Origin: Promethearchaeia archaeon
Lineage (GTDB): Archaea; Asgardarchaeota; Lokiarchaeia; Sigyniarchaeales; SOKP01
Direction of reading: 5' to 3'
DNA: 35,010 nucleotides
Assembly (NCBI GenBank): GCA_029856155.1
Contig: JAHQWL010000054.1
Location: 1 to 35,010 of the forward strand
Position numbers and translations under genes: made by a program. The notes beneath the pieces are model-generated. The model was given only the letters and a program-made list of their open reading frames with translations, did not search any database and had not been told where the DNA came from. Shown here piece by piece: positions 1 to 9,636 of the stretch. How positions within the stretch are numbered: the stretch's first letter is position 1; each line of letters begins with the position of its first letter.

Positions 1-160
1 GAAAAAGCTTGATCAATATTATATCCCTACTAGATATCCCAATGGTCTTCCTGGAGGCATTCCTTCAAGATATTATGATGATCCTGAAGAAGCAGAAAAT
101 GCTATGCTGCTAGCAAAAAGTATAATTGACTTAGTTGAAAAAAAAATAGAACAAGAATAA
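1..160 (+). CDS. HEPN-domain protein, C-terminal part (5' truncated by window)
   Basis: Frame from nt 2 reads KKLDQYYIPTRYPNGLPGGIPSRYYDDPEEAENAMLLAKSIIDLVEKKIEQE*; LDxYYIPTRYP is typical of archaeal HEPN proteins. Not in the ORF track. Confidence 0.75.
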   Translation, partial: KKLDQYYIPTRYPNGLPGGIPSRYYDDPEEAENAMLLAKSIIDLVEKKIEQE

Positions 161-186
161 TTAATTTCATAATAAAATGCTTTTTG

Positions 187-1185
187 TTATTGCTTTTCAA
201 GCCCTAGCATCTTAATTATTAAATTTGCCATGGAATAAGGATCTAAAGATTTTTGAATTGCTTGATCTATATATTTTCCAATTTCTTTATCAGAACTAAG
301 TAATTCTTCAACTTTTTGTGTCAATTTATGTTTTAAAATCTGTAAAGTCTCATTTGTAATCCTATTTTTCATATAATTAGAAATAACACCTGATTCTTCC
401 AAGAATAACCTATGGTTTTTTATTAAATCAAGAAGCTCATCGAAATTTTCACCCGTTTTGGAGTTTACTTTAGTAATTTCTGGTGTCCAAAGTTCTATCT
501 TAGCATATTTTCTGTGTATTTCATTTGAATCATACTTATAATTTTTTCTAAATTCTAACATTTGCTCTATTTCAGCAATCTTCTTATCTGCTCCTGCCAA
601 ATCCATTTTGTTCACTACAAATATATCCGTAATTTCCATGATACCCGATTTTATAGCTTGAATATCATCTCCTAATCCTGGGACTAATAAAATTACGACA
701 GTTTGTGCAGATTTAAAGATATCCACTTCGGATTGTCCAACACCGACCGTCTCAACGATTATAATGTCACATCCATAAGCGTCGAGAATTTTAATTACAT
801 CCTCTGTAGCTCGAGCGAGTCCTCCAAGTTGTTCCCTGTTTGCCATACTTCTAATAAAAACGTTATTTACAGAAAAGTTTTGTTTCATACGTATTCTATC
901 TCCTAAAAGAGCGCCACCAGTCAAAGGAGAAGTAGGATCAACACAGATTATACCAATTTTTTTCCCTTGATCGATATAACTTTTAGTTAAGGTTGAAATA
1001 AAAGTTGATTTGCCCGTTCCTGGAGCCCCTGTAATACCAAGAATATAAGCATTACCAGTATATTCATAAATAGAATTTACTATTTTTTCAGCGGCATCCA
1101 TATCATTTTCTGCAAAAGTAATTAAACGTGCTGCTGCTCTAGGGTTTCCTTTCAATAAAAGAGAAACAAAATTAGAATAATCCAT
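187..1185 (-). CDS. meaB: MeaB/ArgK-type GTPase chaperone of B12-dependent acyl-CoA mutase
   Basis: GITGAPGTGKST P-loop, VDPTSPLTGGALLGDRIRM, ETVGVGQSE, VNKMD; adjacent to mutase genes. Confidence 0.95.
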   Translation of the reverse strand: MDYSNFVSLLLKGNPRAAARLITFAENDMDAAEKIVNSIYEYTGNAYILGITGAPGTGKSTFISTLTKSYIDQGKKIGIICVDPTSPLTGGALLGDRIRMKQNFSVNNVFIRSMANREQLGGLARATEDVIKILDAYGCDIIIVETVGVGQSEVDIFKSAQTVVILLVPGLGDDIQAIKSGIMEITDIFVVNKMDLAGADKKIAEIEQMLEFRKNYKYDSNEIHRKYAKIELWTPEITKVNSKTGENFDELLDLIKNHRLFLEESGVISNYMKNRITNETLQILKHKLTQKVEELLSSDKEIGKYIDQAIQKSLDPYSMANLIIKMLGLEKQ

Positions 1186-1191
1186 CGAGTA

Positions 1192-1599
1192 TTATCTTTT
1201 CAAATTATTTTTAACAAATTCAACAATAGTTTTTAGATCTGTGCCTGGACCATAGAATCCTTTTAAACCATGTTTTTCTAGAAATTCTTTATCTTCATCG
1301 GGGATAATCCCACCTACAGCTACAAGAACATCATCTATCCCATTTTCTTTTAATTTTTCCGTAATTAAAGGACACAAGGCATTATGGGATCCCGATAACA
1401 TACTTAGCATCACTGCATCGGGATCTTCTTGGATAACAGTATTTACGACATCATCAGGAGTTTGATGTATTCCTGTATAAATAACCTCCATTCCCGCATC
1501 TCTTAAGGCTCTTGCAAGAACTTTTGCCCCTCTATCATGGCCATCTAAGCCTGGTTTACAAACAAGAACTTTTATTTTTCTTTCTACTGACATTAGCAA
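1192..1599 (-). CDS. Cobalamin-binding small subunit of acyl-CoA mutase
   Basis: KPGLDGHDRGAK (DxHxxG), SMLSGSH, GGIIP, GPGT. Confidence 0.95.
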   Translation of the reverse strand: MLMSVERKIKVLVCKPGLDGHDRGAKVLARALRDAGMEVIYTGIHQTPDDVVNTVIQEDPDAVMLSMLSGSHNALCPLITEKLKENGIDDVLVAVGGIIPDEDKEFLEKHGLKGFYGPGTDLKTIVEFVKNNLKR

Positions 1600-1606
1600 T
1601 CACATC

Positions 1607-3262
1607 TTAAAAAATTGAATCTTCATGATAAGTACCAAAGACTTCTTTTAACGCGTTTATAATTTCTCCAATTGAAGTATATTCCCTAACAGCATCTATA
1701 ATAAATGGCATTAAATTTTCTGTTCCTTTGGCTGCTTCTTTTAGTCTTTTTAATTTTTCTTGTACTTTATCATTATTTCTTTCTTCTTTTAATTTATTGA
1801 GTTTTCTAATTTGCTCACTCGCAACTTTTTCATCAATTTTTAAAAGCGGAACTGAGCATGGTTCTCTTTGTTCAAATTGATTTACAGCTACAATTGTTCT
1901 CTCTTTATTTTCGACTTCTTGTTGATATTTATAAGAAGCATTAGCAATTTCTTTTTGAAAGAAATTGGCTTTTATTGCTGGAACTACACCGCCAAGATCC
2001 TCAATCCTTTTAAAATAATTTTCCGCTTCTTCTTCCATCTTATTGGTAAGCCATTCTACATAATAAGAACCTGCCAATGGATCAACTGTATCTGTTACAC
2101 CTGACTCATGTGCGATTATTTGTTGAGTTCTTAAAGCAATTTTTACAGCATTTTCTGTGGGAAGACATAAAGCTTCGTCAAATGAATTAGTATGTAAGGA
2201 TTGCGTTCCTCCCAGAACTGATGCTAATCCTTGCATTGTTACTCTAGCAATATTATTTTCTGGTTCTTGAGCTGCCAATGAAACACCCGCAGTTTGAGTA
2301 TGAAATCGTAATCGCATTGATTCAGATTTTTTTGCTCCATATCTAGTTTTCATATGTCTAGCCCATATTCGCCTAGCAGCCCGATATTTACATATTTCCT
2401 CAAAAAAATTATTATGAGAATTGAAGAAAAAGGATAAACGAGGAGCAAAATCATCTATATCCAACCCCCTTTCGATCGCAGCTTCTACATAAGCAAATCC
2501 ATCTGCTAATGTAAATGCTAATTCTTGAACTGCTGTAGATCCTGCTTCTCTTATATGATATCCACTAATACTAATTGCATACCACTGAGGTACATATTGA
2601 GTACAATACTCTATACTATCAACAATAATTCTCATAGATGGTTCAGGAGGAAAAATCCATGATTTTTGAGCAATGTATTCTTTTAAAATATCATTTTGAA
2701 TAGTTCCTCTCAATTGTTCCAGAGTATGACCTTGTTTTTCAGCAGTCACAATATATAAAGCTAATAAAATTGATGCAGGACCATTTATTGTCATAGATGT
2801 ACTTATTTTTGAAAGATCTATACCCTTAAATAAAGTTTCCATATCTTTTAGGGAGTCTATTGCAACTCCTTCTTTTCCAATTTCTCCTAAGGCTCTTGGG
2901 TCAGTCGCTTCAATCCCATAAATAGTATGCAAACTAAAGGCGACACTTAATCCCGTATTACCGTGATCTATTAAAAATTTATATCTTTCATTGGTTTGTT
3001 CTGCATTTCCAAATCCTGCGAATTGGCGCATTGTCCATAGCTGTCCTCGATACATGTTTGGATATGATCCTCTTGTGAACGGATATTGTCCAGGAAATCC
3101 TAAGTCAAGCGCGTAATTAAAATCTTTAATGTCATTAGGAGTATATAATCTTTTAATTTCGATTTCAGATAAGTTTCTGAAACTTTGTTTTCTTTCTTTT
3201 TTTAATGAAATGGATTTTTCCCATTCTTCCATTTCTTGTTTAATTTTATCATGTTCAGTCAT
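1607..3262 (-). CDS. Acyl-CoA mutase large (substrate-binding) subunit, isobutyryl-CoA-mutase-like
   Basis: PGQYPFTRG, WTMRQFAGFG, QNDILKEYIAQ, SISGYHIREAG, HTQT, SLHTNSFDEA; likely start ATG at 3262 (MTEHDK) rather than 3328. Confidence 0.9.
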   Translation of the reverse strand: MTEHDKIKQEMEEWEKSISLKKERKQSFRNLSEIEIKRLYTPNDIKDFNYALDLGFPGQYPFTRGSYPNMYRGQLWTMRQFAGFGNAEQTNERYKFLIDHGNTGLSVAFSLHTIYGIEATDPRALGEIGKEGVAIDSLKDMETLFKGIDLSKISTSMTINGPASILLALYIVTAEKQGHTLEQLRGTIQNDILKEYIAQKSWIFPPEPSMRIIVDSIEYCTQYVPQWYAISISGYHIREAGSTAVQELAFTLADGFAYVEAAIERGLDIDDFAPRLSFFFNSHNNFFEEICKYRAARRIWARHMKTRYGAKKSESMRLRFHTQTAGVSLAAQEPENNIARVTMQGLASVLGGTQSLHTNSFDEALCLPTENAVKIALRTQQIIAHESGVTDTVDPLAGSYYVEWLTNKMEEEAENYFKRIEDLGGVVPAIKANFFQKEIANASYKYQQEVENKERTIVAVNQFEQREPCSVPLLKIDEKVASEQIRKLNKLKEERNNDKVQEKLKRLKEAAKGTENLMPFIIDAVREYTSIGEIINALKEVFGTYHEDSIF

Positions 3263-3439
3263 AAAAATAATCTCTCTAAGGTTAACTTGGAGGTTTAATC
3301 TATTATTCAATAAATGATGATTCTTCAATTAGATAAGAGTTTAAAATTATTTTAACTTTATTTTATTCTTTTTAATGAAAAATAAGATTGTTAAAAATAG
3401 AAATTAAATTTAAAGTGATAATTATTAATAACGAGAAAT

Positions 3440-3620
3440 AAGAACGGACACAACAACAAGTGAGACACACCCAAAAATCCGAGATTTCTCTGAAATGATA
3501 CTTAATTCTCTTAATCTTACTAAATTTACAAGAAGGGCATTTTTCTGGAAAAAAATCAGCATCAAACTGTTCGTGAATTTCACTTTTAAAATTAAGGCTT
3601 ATTTTTAAAACATCGAATCT
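3440..3620 (-). pseudogene. Possible remnant of a transposase N-terminal zinc ribbon (ISL3-like)
   Basis: Translation FFPEKCPSCKFSKIKRIKYHFREISD...CLTC resembles the CPxC..h.y..R.I.D zinc ribbon; no catalytic domain follows; boundaries approximate. Confidence 0.3.
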
Positions 3621-3630
3621 TTTTTTGATT

Positions 3631-4551
3631 ATGGCACTATTTACTGTGAAAAATATAATAAGTCTTATTTCCATGGGTCCATCATTTTTACAGTCAATAA
3701 TAAGAAATGTTCCGTTATATGTGAATTATGATTTAACTTGGCAATGTAACTTAAAATGTAAGCATTGTTATTTTTTCTCATCAACAACAGAATTAAAAAA
3801 TAAAAGACCGGAATTATCTAACGAAGAATGGGTTAAGGTTTTTAAATACCATAGAAAGTTAGGAACAAAAATAGCGGTTTTAACCGGTGGAGAACCTACT
3901 TTAAGAATGGATGTTATAAAAGAAGCCATTAAAATTTTTCCCTCAGTTCAAGTTGTATCAAATGGAGTTATAAAATTACCTCGATTTAATGGATACAAAC
4001 AACCAAAATATTGGGTAAGTATAGATGGTACCAGGGAAACTCATAATAAGATAAGAGGAGCAAAGGTTTTTGATAAAGTTATAGAAAATATTCAGGAGAA
4101 CAATCCGGTTGTCGCATCAACCATAATGACATTAAATTATAAGGAAATTGAAGATATTACTAAGATTGCTCACGATAATGGTGCTTCTGGGTTAGTCTTT
4201 CTACTATATACCGATTATCCTGACAGTCCACTTTTATTAAAAGGAAATATATTAAAAAAGACAATAAAAGATATTTTAAAAGTGATGCGTGAATATGGAG
4301 ATTTTATTTTTTATTCTAAAAAAATGTTAGAAGTCTACATGTCAAAAGAATTTGTGCCACATTGCATATTTAAAACTGGGCAAGTAAAAAGTTTCTATCC
4401 CGATGGAACACAAAAGTTTTGTGTCATGGGAAATTCACCACTTTTATGTGACAATTGTGGATGTGTCGTACCAATTGCTGCTTATGCCTTATTTAGGAAA
4501 TTTGATGCCGGTACAGTTGATAAAGCAAGAAAATTGTTCAACTTCACATAA
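3631..4551 (+). CDS. Radical SAM enzyme with Cys-rich C-terminal auxiliary-cluster region
   Basis: CNLKCKHC, TGGEP, VSIDG; C-terminal C..C..CDNCGC; ATG at 3631. Confidence 0.9.
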   Translation: MALFTVKNIISLISMGPSFLQSIIRNVPLYVNYDLTWQCNLKCKHCYFFSSTTELKNKRPELSNEEWVKVFKYHRKLGTKIAVLTGGEPTLRMDVIKEAIKIFPSVQVVSNGVIKLPRFNGYKQPKYWVSIDGTRETHNKIRGAKVFDKVIENIQENNPVVASTIMTLNYKEIEDITKIAHDNGASGLVFLLYTDYPDSPLLLKGNILKKTIKDILKVMREYGDFIFYSKKMLEVYMSKEFVPHCIFKTGQVKSFYPDGTQKFCVMGNSPLLCDNCGCVVPIAAYALFRKFDAGTVDKARKLFNFT

Positions 4552-4656
4552 GTTTTGCTATTTTGGATAATTATTTTATATTTATGAGAATCATACTCTC
4601 TTTTTAATGAAAAATAATAATGATAAATATAGAATTAAAAGTTAAATAATGAATTA

Positions 4657-5535
4657 CTAAGACCGAGTAATAATAAAATCAATGAGTTTTCCAAGATTTT
4701 TAACGTTTTCATAACTTTTTGGAGCTTTTTCCTTAAAATAATCTTTGAAAGCTTCCCAATTCTCCCTCTTTTCTGAAGGAGCTTCAGTTAATACTTTTTT
4801 AACTTCTTGAAAGTCGTAGGTGAAGATTAAACCATTGTCTATTCTATTAGCATCTTCACTTAATAGAAAAAGATAATAGTCATTTAAATCCCAAGGATTT
4901 AAAACGTGCTCCGGTTTGTTTCCATCTCCCGCTTTCTTTCCTCTCAATAAACTTGTATCTATTTGTGTTGGTAAAACCATAGTAAAATTAATATTCTCTT
5001 TTTTATATTCCGCTGTCATGGCTTTTTGCATTCCCACAACAGCATATTTGCTTGCAACATATGCAGTAAGTCTTGATGGGGCGTGTGGATATGCTTCACT
5101 GCCAGTTATAATAAATCTTGCTTTATCTTTTTTATCATCTTTCTTCATGTATGGATAAGCCGCCTTAAACGTATAAAATACTCCGAGCACATTCACATTT
5201 AAAATTTCAGCAAATTTTTCGTTGATAAACTCATGAGTTGCCCACATTCTAGAATAACCAGCATTTGCAATTACTCCATTAAATAAACCTAATTCATTAT
5301 TAAATTCTTTAAATGCTTTCTCAATTTCTTCAAATTTAGTAATATCTGCTGGTTTAACAACAACTTTTACTCCAGTTCCTAATTCTTCAATTTCTTTTTT
5401 AGTGTTATTCAATTCTTCAATAGTTCTTGAAATTAATCCTACATTAGCTCCTTCTTTTGCACAAGCTATTGCTATTGCTTTTCCAATACCTCTACCCGAA
5501 CCAGTAATGACAACATTTTTATCTTTTAACAACAT
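4657..5535 (-). CDS. Short-chain dehydrogenase/reductase (SDR)
   Basis: TGSGRGIG, NAG, YVASK catalytic motif. Confidence 0.93.
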   Translation of the reverse strand: MLLKDKNVVITGSGRGIGKAIAIACAKEGANVGLISRTIEELNNTKKEIEELGTGVKVVVKPADITKFEEIEKAFKEFNNELGLFNGVIANAGYSRMWATHEFINEKFAEILNVNVLGVFYTFKAAYPYMKKDDKKDKARFIITGSEAYPHAPSRLTAYVASKYAVVGMQKAMTAEYKKENINFTMVLPTQIDTSLLRGKKAGDGNKPEHVLNPWDLNDYYLFLLSEDANRIDNGLIFTYDFQEVKKVLTEAPSEKRENWEAFKDYFKEKAPKSYENVKNLGKLIDFIITRS

Positions 5536-5599
5536 GATATTAGTTTATAATGTGCAATATGATATTAATTTTATAAAAAAATAACACACATTTTAAATT

Positions 5600-6739
5600 T
5601 TAAGATGCTTTATAAGCTTCTTTAATCGCTGAGCATCCCCCACATCTAACACAGCCTGCTCTGTTCTCTAAAGGATTAACGCCATATTGTTTCATTAAGA
5701 CGGCACTTTCTTTATATATTTCTATTAAATCTTCAAAATTTGTAATGGGTAAATCCTTTTTCCCCGGGATTGATCTTACCGGTGTTATATAAGGGATAAC
5801 TCCAATTGAAATAATTTTTTCCACATCCTTTAAAAAATCGGCTTTAGATTCTCCAAATCCTGTTAAAATATAACTACTAACCTGATTATTTCCAAATAAG
5901 TTTATTGCATGTTTCCAATTTCTCTCAAATGTATTATAGGATAAGTGAAATTTTCCAGGGGTAATATCTCTTCTGATCTTCTCATTTAGGACTTCAATAT
6001 GAATACCAATAGTATCCGCTCCAGCTTCCTTTAATTTATTTAAATATTCTAAATCTTCTAAAGCTTCAATTTGAACATGTATAGGTATATCTGGGTGAAT
6101 CCCTTTTACTCCTTTTAGTAATTCAATATATCTATTTGCCCCCTTATCAATAGTTTCATCTGTTCCACTAGTCAAAGTCATATGAGCACATCTTCCCTCT
6201 TTTATAGCAGCAGTTATAACTTCTGACATCTGATCAGCAGTTTTCTCTTCTATTGTTGCGTTATTTTGCAAACTTACTTCAATACCGCAGAAAGTGCATG
6301 CTTCTCCACACGCCCAATATACACACTTTTGATATATTGTGCTTGCTAAACAGTCAATTCCATGAACCAAAGCTATCTTTTTCATTGGAATTCCGTCTGA
6401 AGTTTTAAATTCGGGATTATAGAATTGTGGATTTTGGATCAATTTTAATTTTCCAAAACTGTCTTTCGTGTTATTATTATAAATTTCGAAGTAATTATTT
6501 TCATTCTCTTTTAAAAATAATTCGGTTTTGTCAGAATTGTTCCAGAGTGCCACATTTACTAAAGTGTGCTCGTCTTCTAATAGAAAATATCTCCCTCCAG
6601 ATGGACCAGCTCCACCTTTTCGTCCGAAATCAATATCAATTCCGTGTTTTCTATATTGAGGAATTAATTCATTATCTAAATATAATCCTTTACAGAGTAG
6701 TTCAGTTTTCTGAGCCAACACTGTTTCAATATCGATCAT
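5600..6739 (-). CDS. Radical SAM protein, MSMEG_0568-like family
   Basis: RKGGAGPS, GIPMKKIALVHG, CVYWACGEACTFC, C-terminal AGCVRCGGCS. Confidence 0.8.
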   Translation of the reverse strand: MIDIETVLAQKTELLCKGLYLDNELIPQYRKHGIDIDFGRKGGAGPSGGRYFLLEDEHTLVNVALWNNSDKTELFLKENENNYFEIYNNNTKDSFGKLKLIQNPQFYNPEFKTSDGIPMKKIALVHGIDCLASTIYQKCVYWACGEACTFCGIEVSLQNNATIEEKTADQMSEVITAAIKEGRCAHMTLTSGTDETIDKGANRYIELLKGVKGIHPDIPIHVQIEALEDLEYLNKLKEAGADTIGIHIEVLNEKIRRDITPGKFHLSYNTFERNWKHAINLFGNNQVSSYILTGFGESKADFLKDVEKIISIGVIPYITPVRSIPGKKDLPITNFEDLIEIYKESAVLMKQYGVNPLENRAGCVRCGGCSAIKEAYKAS

Positions 6740-6932
6740 AATTCTGGGAAAAAGCTGTATAAGTTATAGTTTAGAATATTGTTTTTAAATTATTTATACT
6801 CTATGAAATCTAAAATTAGAGCTTATTTAATTTTGAGTGTTATTGAAATTAAAATGTGTAACACAAATTTTATTAATACTCTTAAACAATTTCTTCTTAC
6901 TTTAAATAAAGAAAATCGAATGGTGTCTAATA

Positions 6933-7346
6933 ATGCCAAAATTAGAAAGAACAATAGATATTGCCGCAGCTCAAGAAAAAATTTGGCAAATTGTTGATAA
7001 TGATGATGATTATCCTAGATGGAATATCGTCGTAAATGAAGTCTCTAAACTTGGTGAAGGGAATTACTTTTTCAAAACTAATGTTGGAGATATAACTTCC
7101 CAACGTATAGAAACAAATCCACCTAATAGTCTTTATGCAACTCAAGAAGGAAGTCCCATGACAAGCTTAGGATATATTTTAAAACCTAAGGGAGATGGTG
7201 TAGAAGCTACAATCTGGTCTGAATTTGATGACGCTAACCAAGAAGCGATTTTAGGAATAGCTGGAGAAATGCTCTTAAAAAGTTTAAAAAAATACGCTGA
7301 CTATCTTGAATCAGGTGGAAATCCAGATGAATTCAATAAAAAATAG
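6933..7346 (+). CDS. SRPBCC/START-like (polyketide cyclase/dehydrase-like) protein
   Basis: RTIDIAAAQEKIWQIVD...YPRWN N-terminus; C-terminal helix LKSLKKYA. Confidence 0.8.
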   Translation: MPKLERTIDIAAAQEKIWQIVDNDDDYPRWNIVVNEVSKLGEGNYFFKTNVGDITSQRIETNPPNSLYATQEGSPMTSLGYILKPKGDGVEATIWSEFDDANQEAILGIAGEMLLKSLKKYADYLESGGNPDEFNKK

Positions 7347-7387
7347 AATATTTTATTGATAAAATTATAATTTTTTTTTCATTATTT

Positions 7388-7996
7388 CTATTCTTTTAAA
7401 ATGGATATAACAATTTTTAATAAGAATTTTAATAGTTCCTCATCAGAACTAAAACCATAATTATCATAAGCATATTTATGTATAATTGCCTGAGTGATTA
7501 CATATAATTGCTTTTCTTTACCCTCAAGACTTAAATTTTCTTCAGGGAATTTTTTAATTAATTGCTTCATTTCATTGATGAATAGGTTCATTTCATCTGG
7601 AAGTTCTTTTTTTAATTCTATTATATCCCTTAATTTGAGGTAATAATCAAGATTTGACAGGATCTCACTTTCCCACGCTGCCAATGTAAGACGATACTTT
7701 TTATGGAGTTTAATAATTAAGGACAAATAATATTTCATAGCTTCCTTGATTGTTGAAAAATCCAATCCTTCTCTGAATCCTAATAATTTTGCCTCTTCCT
7801 TAAAATCTTGGCTAATTTCTCTCGTGAGAGCTAATAATATATCAATTTTTCCCTTTGGAAAATGATAATATAAAGTCCCTACACTAATATCTGCTTTTTT
7901 TGCTATCTCAATTATATTAGTATTTGCATAGCCATTTTTTCCTACCAATTTGTTAGCTGTCTGAATTATAAGATCTCGTGCTCCCTGTTTCTTCAT
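7388..7996 (-). CDS. TetR/AcrR family transcriptional regulator
   Basis: GYANTNIIEIAKKADISVGTLYYHFPKGK HTH. Confidence 0.93.
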   Translation of the reverse strand: MKKQGARDLIIQTANKLVGKNGYANTNIIEIAKKADISVGTLYYHFPKGKIDILLALTREISQDFKEEAKLLGFREGLDFSTIKEAMKYYLSLIIKLHKKYRLTLAAWESEILSNLDYYLKLRDIIELKKELPDEMNLFINEMKQLIKKFPEENLSLEGKEKQLYVITQAIIHKYAYDNYGFSSDEELLKFLLKIVISILKE

Positions 7997-8059
7997 AAGT
8001 AATTTTTTGTGGAAATATTATACTTAGTTAATTAATTATTGGCAATTTAACATTATAAA

Positions 8060-8087
8060 TCTTTCGAATCGAATTCGATTCGATAGA
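8060..8087. promoter_or_regulatory. Palindromic operator, probably bound by the adjacent TetR
   Basis: Perfect 20-bp palindrome TCGAATCGAATTCGATTCGA (8064-8083), extended by TCT/AGA, between divergent TetR and ICMT-like genes. Confidence 0.7.
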
Positions 8088-8137
8088 CTTAAATATGGTT
8101 TTAACTTTTCTATCATCAGAAATTAAAAATATTTAAT

Positions 8138-8830
8138 GTGATTTTATTGAATGATATGAATTCTGAGCCAAATCCCTATGTAAGATTCATTATTATGTAC
8201 GTATTTATAGCTCTATCATTGTTTCTTCCCGCAGGAACAATCTTTTGGATACAAGGATGGATCTACTTAACCATAATGATTTTCTTTTCAGCATCATTCA
8301 TGACTTATTTGACTTTAAAAGACCCAGAACTGTTGAAAGCAAGAGCTAAAACTAAAACCACTGAGAGTTGGGACAAAAAGCTAGGAATTATTAATACCCC
8401 TTTCTTCATATTGATGTATATTCTCCCCGGATTCGATGCTGTAAGATTCAAATGGTCGAATCTTCCATTATTTATTACAATAATTGGATTTATTGGAATG
8501 ATCTTCGCAATAATCCTATTTTTTTTAGTTAGTCGTGCAAATACTTATCTTTCAAGGGTTGTTGAAATTCAAAAAGAACGAGATCATAGAGTAATTACAA
8601 CAGGATCTTATAGAATTGTCAGGCATCCAATGTATTTTAGTGTTATTATTTTATACATTTCTCATTGTATTGCACTCGGGTCGCTATTCTCTTTAATACC
8701 ATGTGCTATTATAATTATAACGATCATTCTCCGCACGATTCGCGAAGATAACATGCTGCATGAACAACTTGAGGGATACAAAGAATATGCTCAAAAAACT
8801 CGTTATAAACTGATTCCGGGTATTTGGTAA
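8138..8830 (+). CDS. Isoprenylcysteine carboxyl methyltransferase (ICMT/Ste14) family membrane protein
   Basis: Multiple TM helices; HRVITTGSYRIVRHPMY; REDNML..GYKEY..RYKLIPGIW; start may be ATG 8156. Confidence 0.85.
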   Translation: MILLNDMNSEPNPYVRFIIMYVFIALSLFLPAGTIFWIQGWIYLTIMIFFSASFMTYLTLKDPELLKARAKTKTTESWDKKLGIINTPFFILMYILPGFDAVRFKWSNLPLFITIIGFIGMIFAIILFFLVSRANTYLSRVVEIQKERDHRVITTGSYRIVRHPMYFSVIILYISHCIALGSLFSLIPCAIIIITIILRTIREDNMLHEQLEGYKEYAQKTRYKLIPGIW

Positions 8831-8984
8831 TAAATTATAATTATAGTCTAAAAATAAGTAAACATGATAATACCCTTATCTTAATCATGATAAAACTTAT
8901 TAGAAATAACAAATTTTAAACATTTACTAATAAAATTATTTGTTAATAACAACTTCAATTAATTATCAACATAAGTGATTTGGA

Positions 8985-9617
8985 ATGGCCCATAAAAGAC
9001 CCTGGCACTGTTATAGTAAGTGGAGCCGCAGACCTTTTCAATATAAGAGATCTTCAAATCGTAGACGTGAATATGCGCGTGGTGGTGCCCAAAGCAAGAT
9101 TGTAAGGTTTTGGGGGGGCAATAAAGATATTGCATGGGAAGATTGGGAACTTTGTGTTGGTTTGAAAGTAAATTCCCAAATTCAAATTTCCTCAAATACT
9201 CTTGAAGCGATAAGAATCACCATCAACGGTGTTCTTCAAAGACAACTCGGAAGACTAAATTATCGACTTCGAATACGACCAAAACCATTTCAAAAAATTA
9301 GAGAGAACAGAATGTTAGCATTTGCTGGTGCAGATCGTGTACAATCCGGAATGAGAAACTCTTTTGGAAGATCAACGGGAGTATGCGCACGAGTTAGAGC
9401 GGGACAAATTGTTGTTGATATAGGAACACATTTAAGAAACCTACCAATAGTTAGAGATAGATTGAGAGTGGCATCAATGAAAATAGCTAGTTCTTGTCAG
9501 ACTGTAATTCTGAAATATAAAACCCCAGAATTATTAAAACAATCAGGGTTGCCATTATATGATGATAAAAGAAGAAAAGAAATACCAATTTACGAATTAG
9601 AATTAGCTAAAACTTAA
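8985..9617 (+). CDS. rpl10e: Ribosomal protein uL16 (archaeal/eukaryotic L10e)
   Basis: RPWHCY, LEAIRI, IRENRMLAFAGADRVQSGMRNSFGRSTGVCARV. Confidence 0.93.
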   Translation: MAHKRPWHCYSKWSRRPFQYKRSSNRRREYARGGAQSKIVRFWGGNKDIAWEDWELCVGLKVNSQIQISSNTLEAIRITINGVLQRQLGRLNYRLRIRPKPFQKIRENRMLAFAGADRVQSGMRNSFGRSTGVCARVRAGQIVVDIGTHLRNLPIVRDRLRVASMKIASSCQTVILKYKTPELLKQSGLPLYDDKRRKEIPIYELELAKT

Positions 9618-9636
9618 TATATATAATTTTTTAAAT

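Noticed and set aside
8138-8830. ICMT acting on the Rab-like GTPase as in eukaryotes
   Set aside because: The family is widespread in prokaryotes, and none of the GTPases here has a C-terminal CaaX/CC motif
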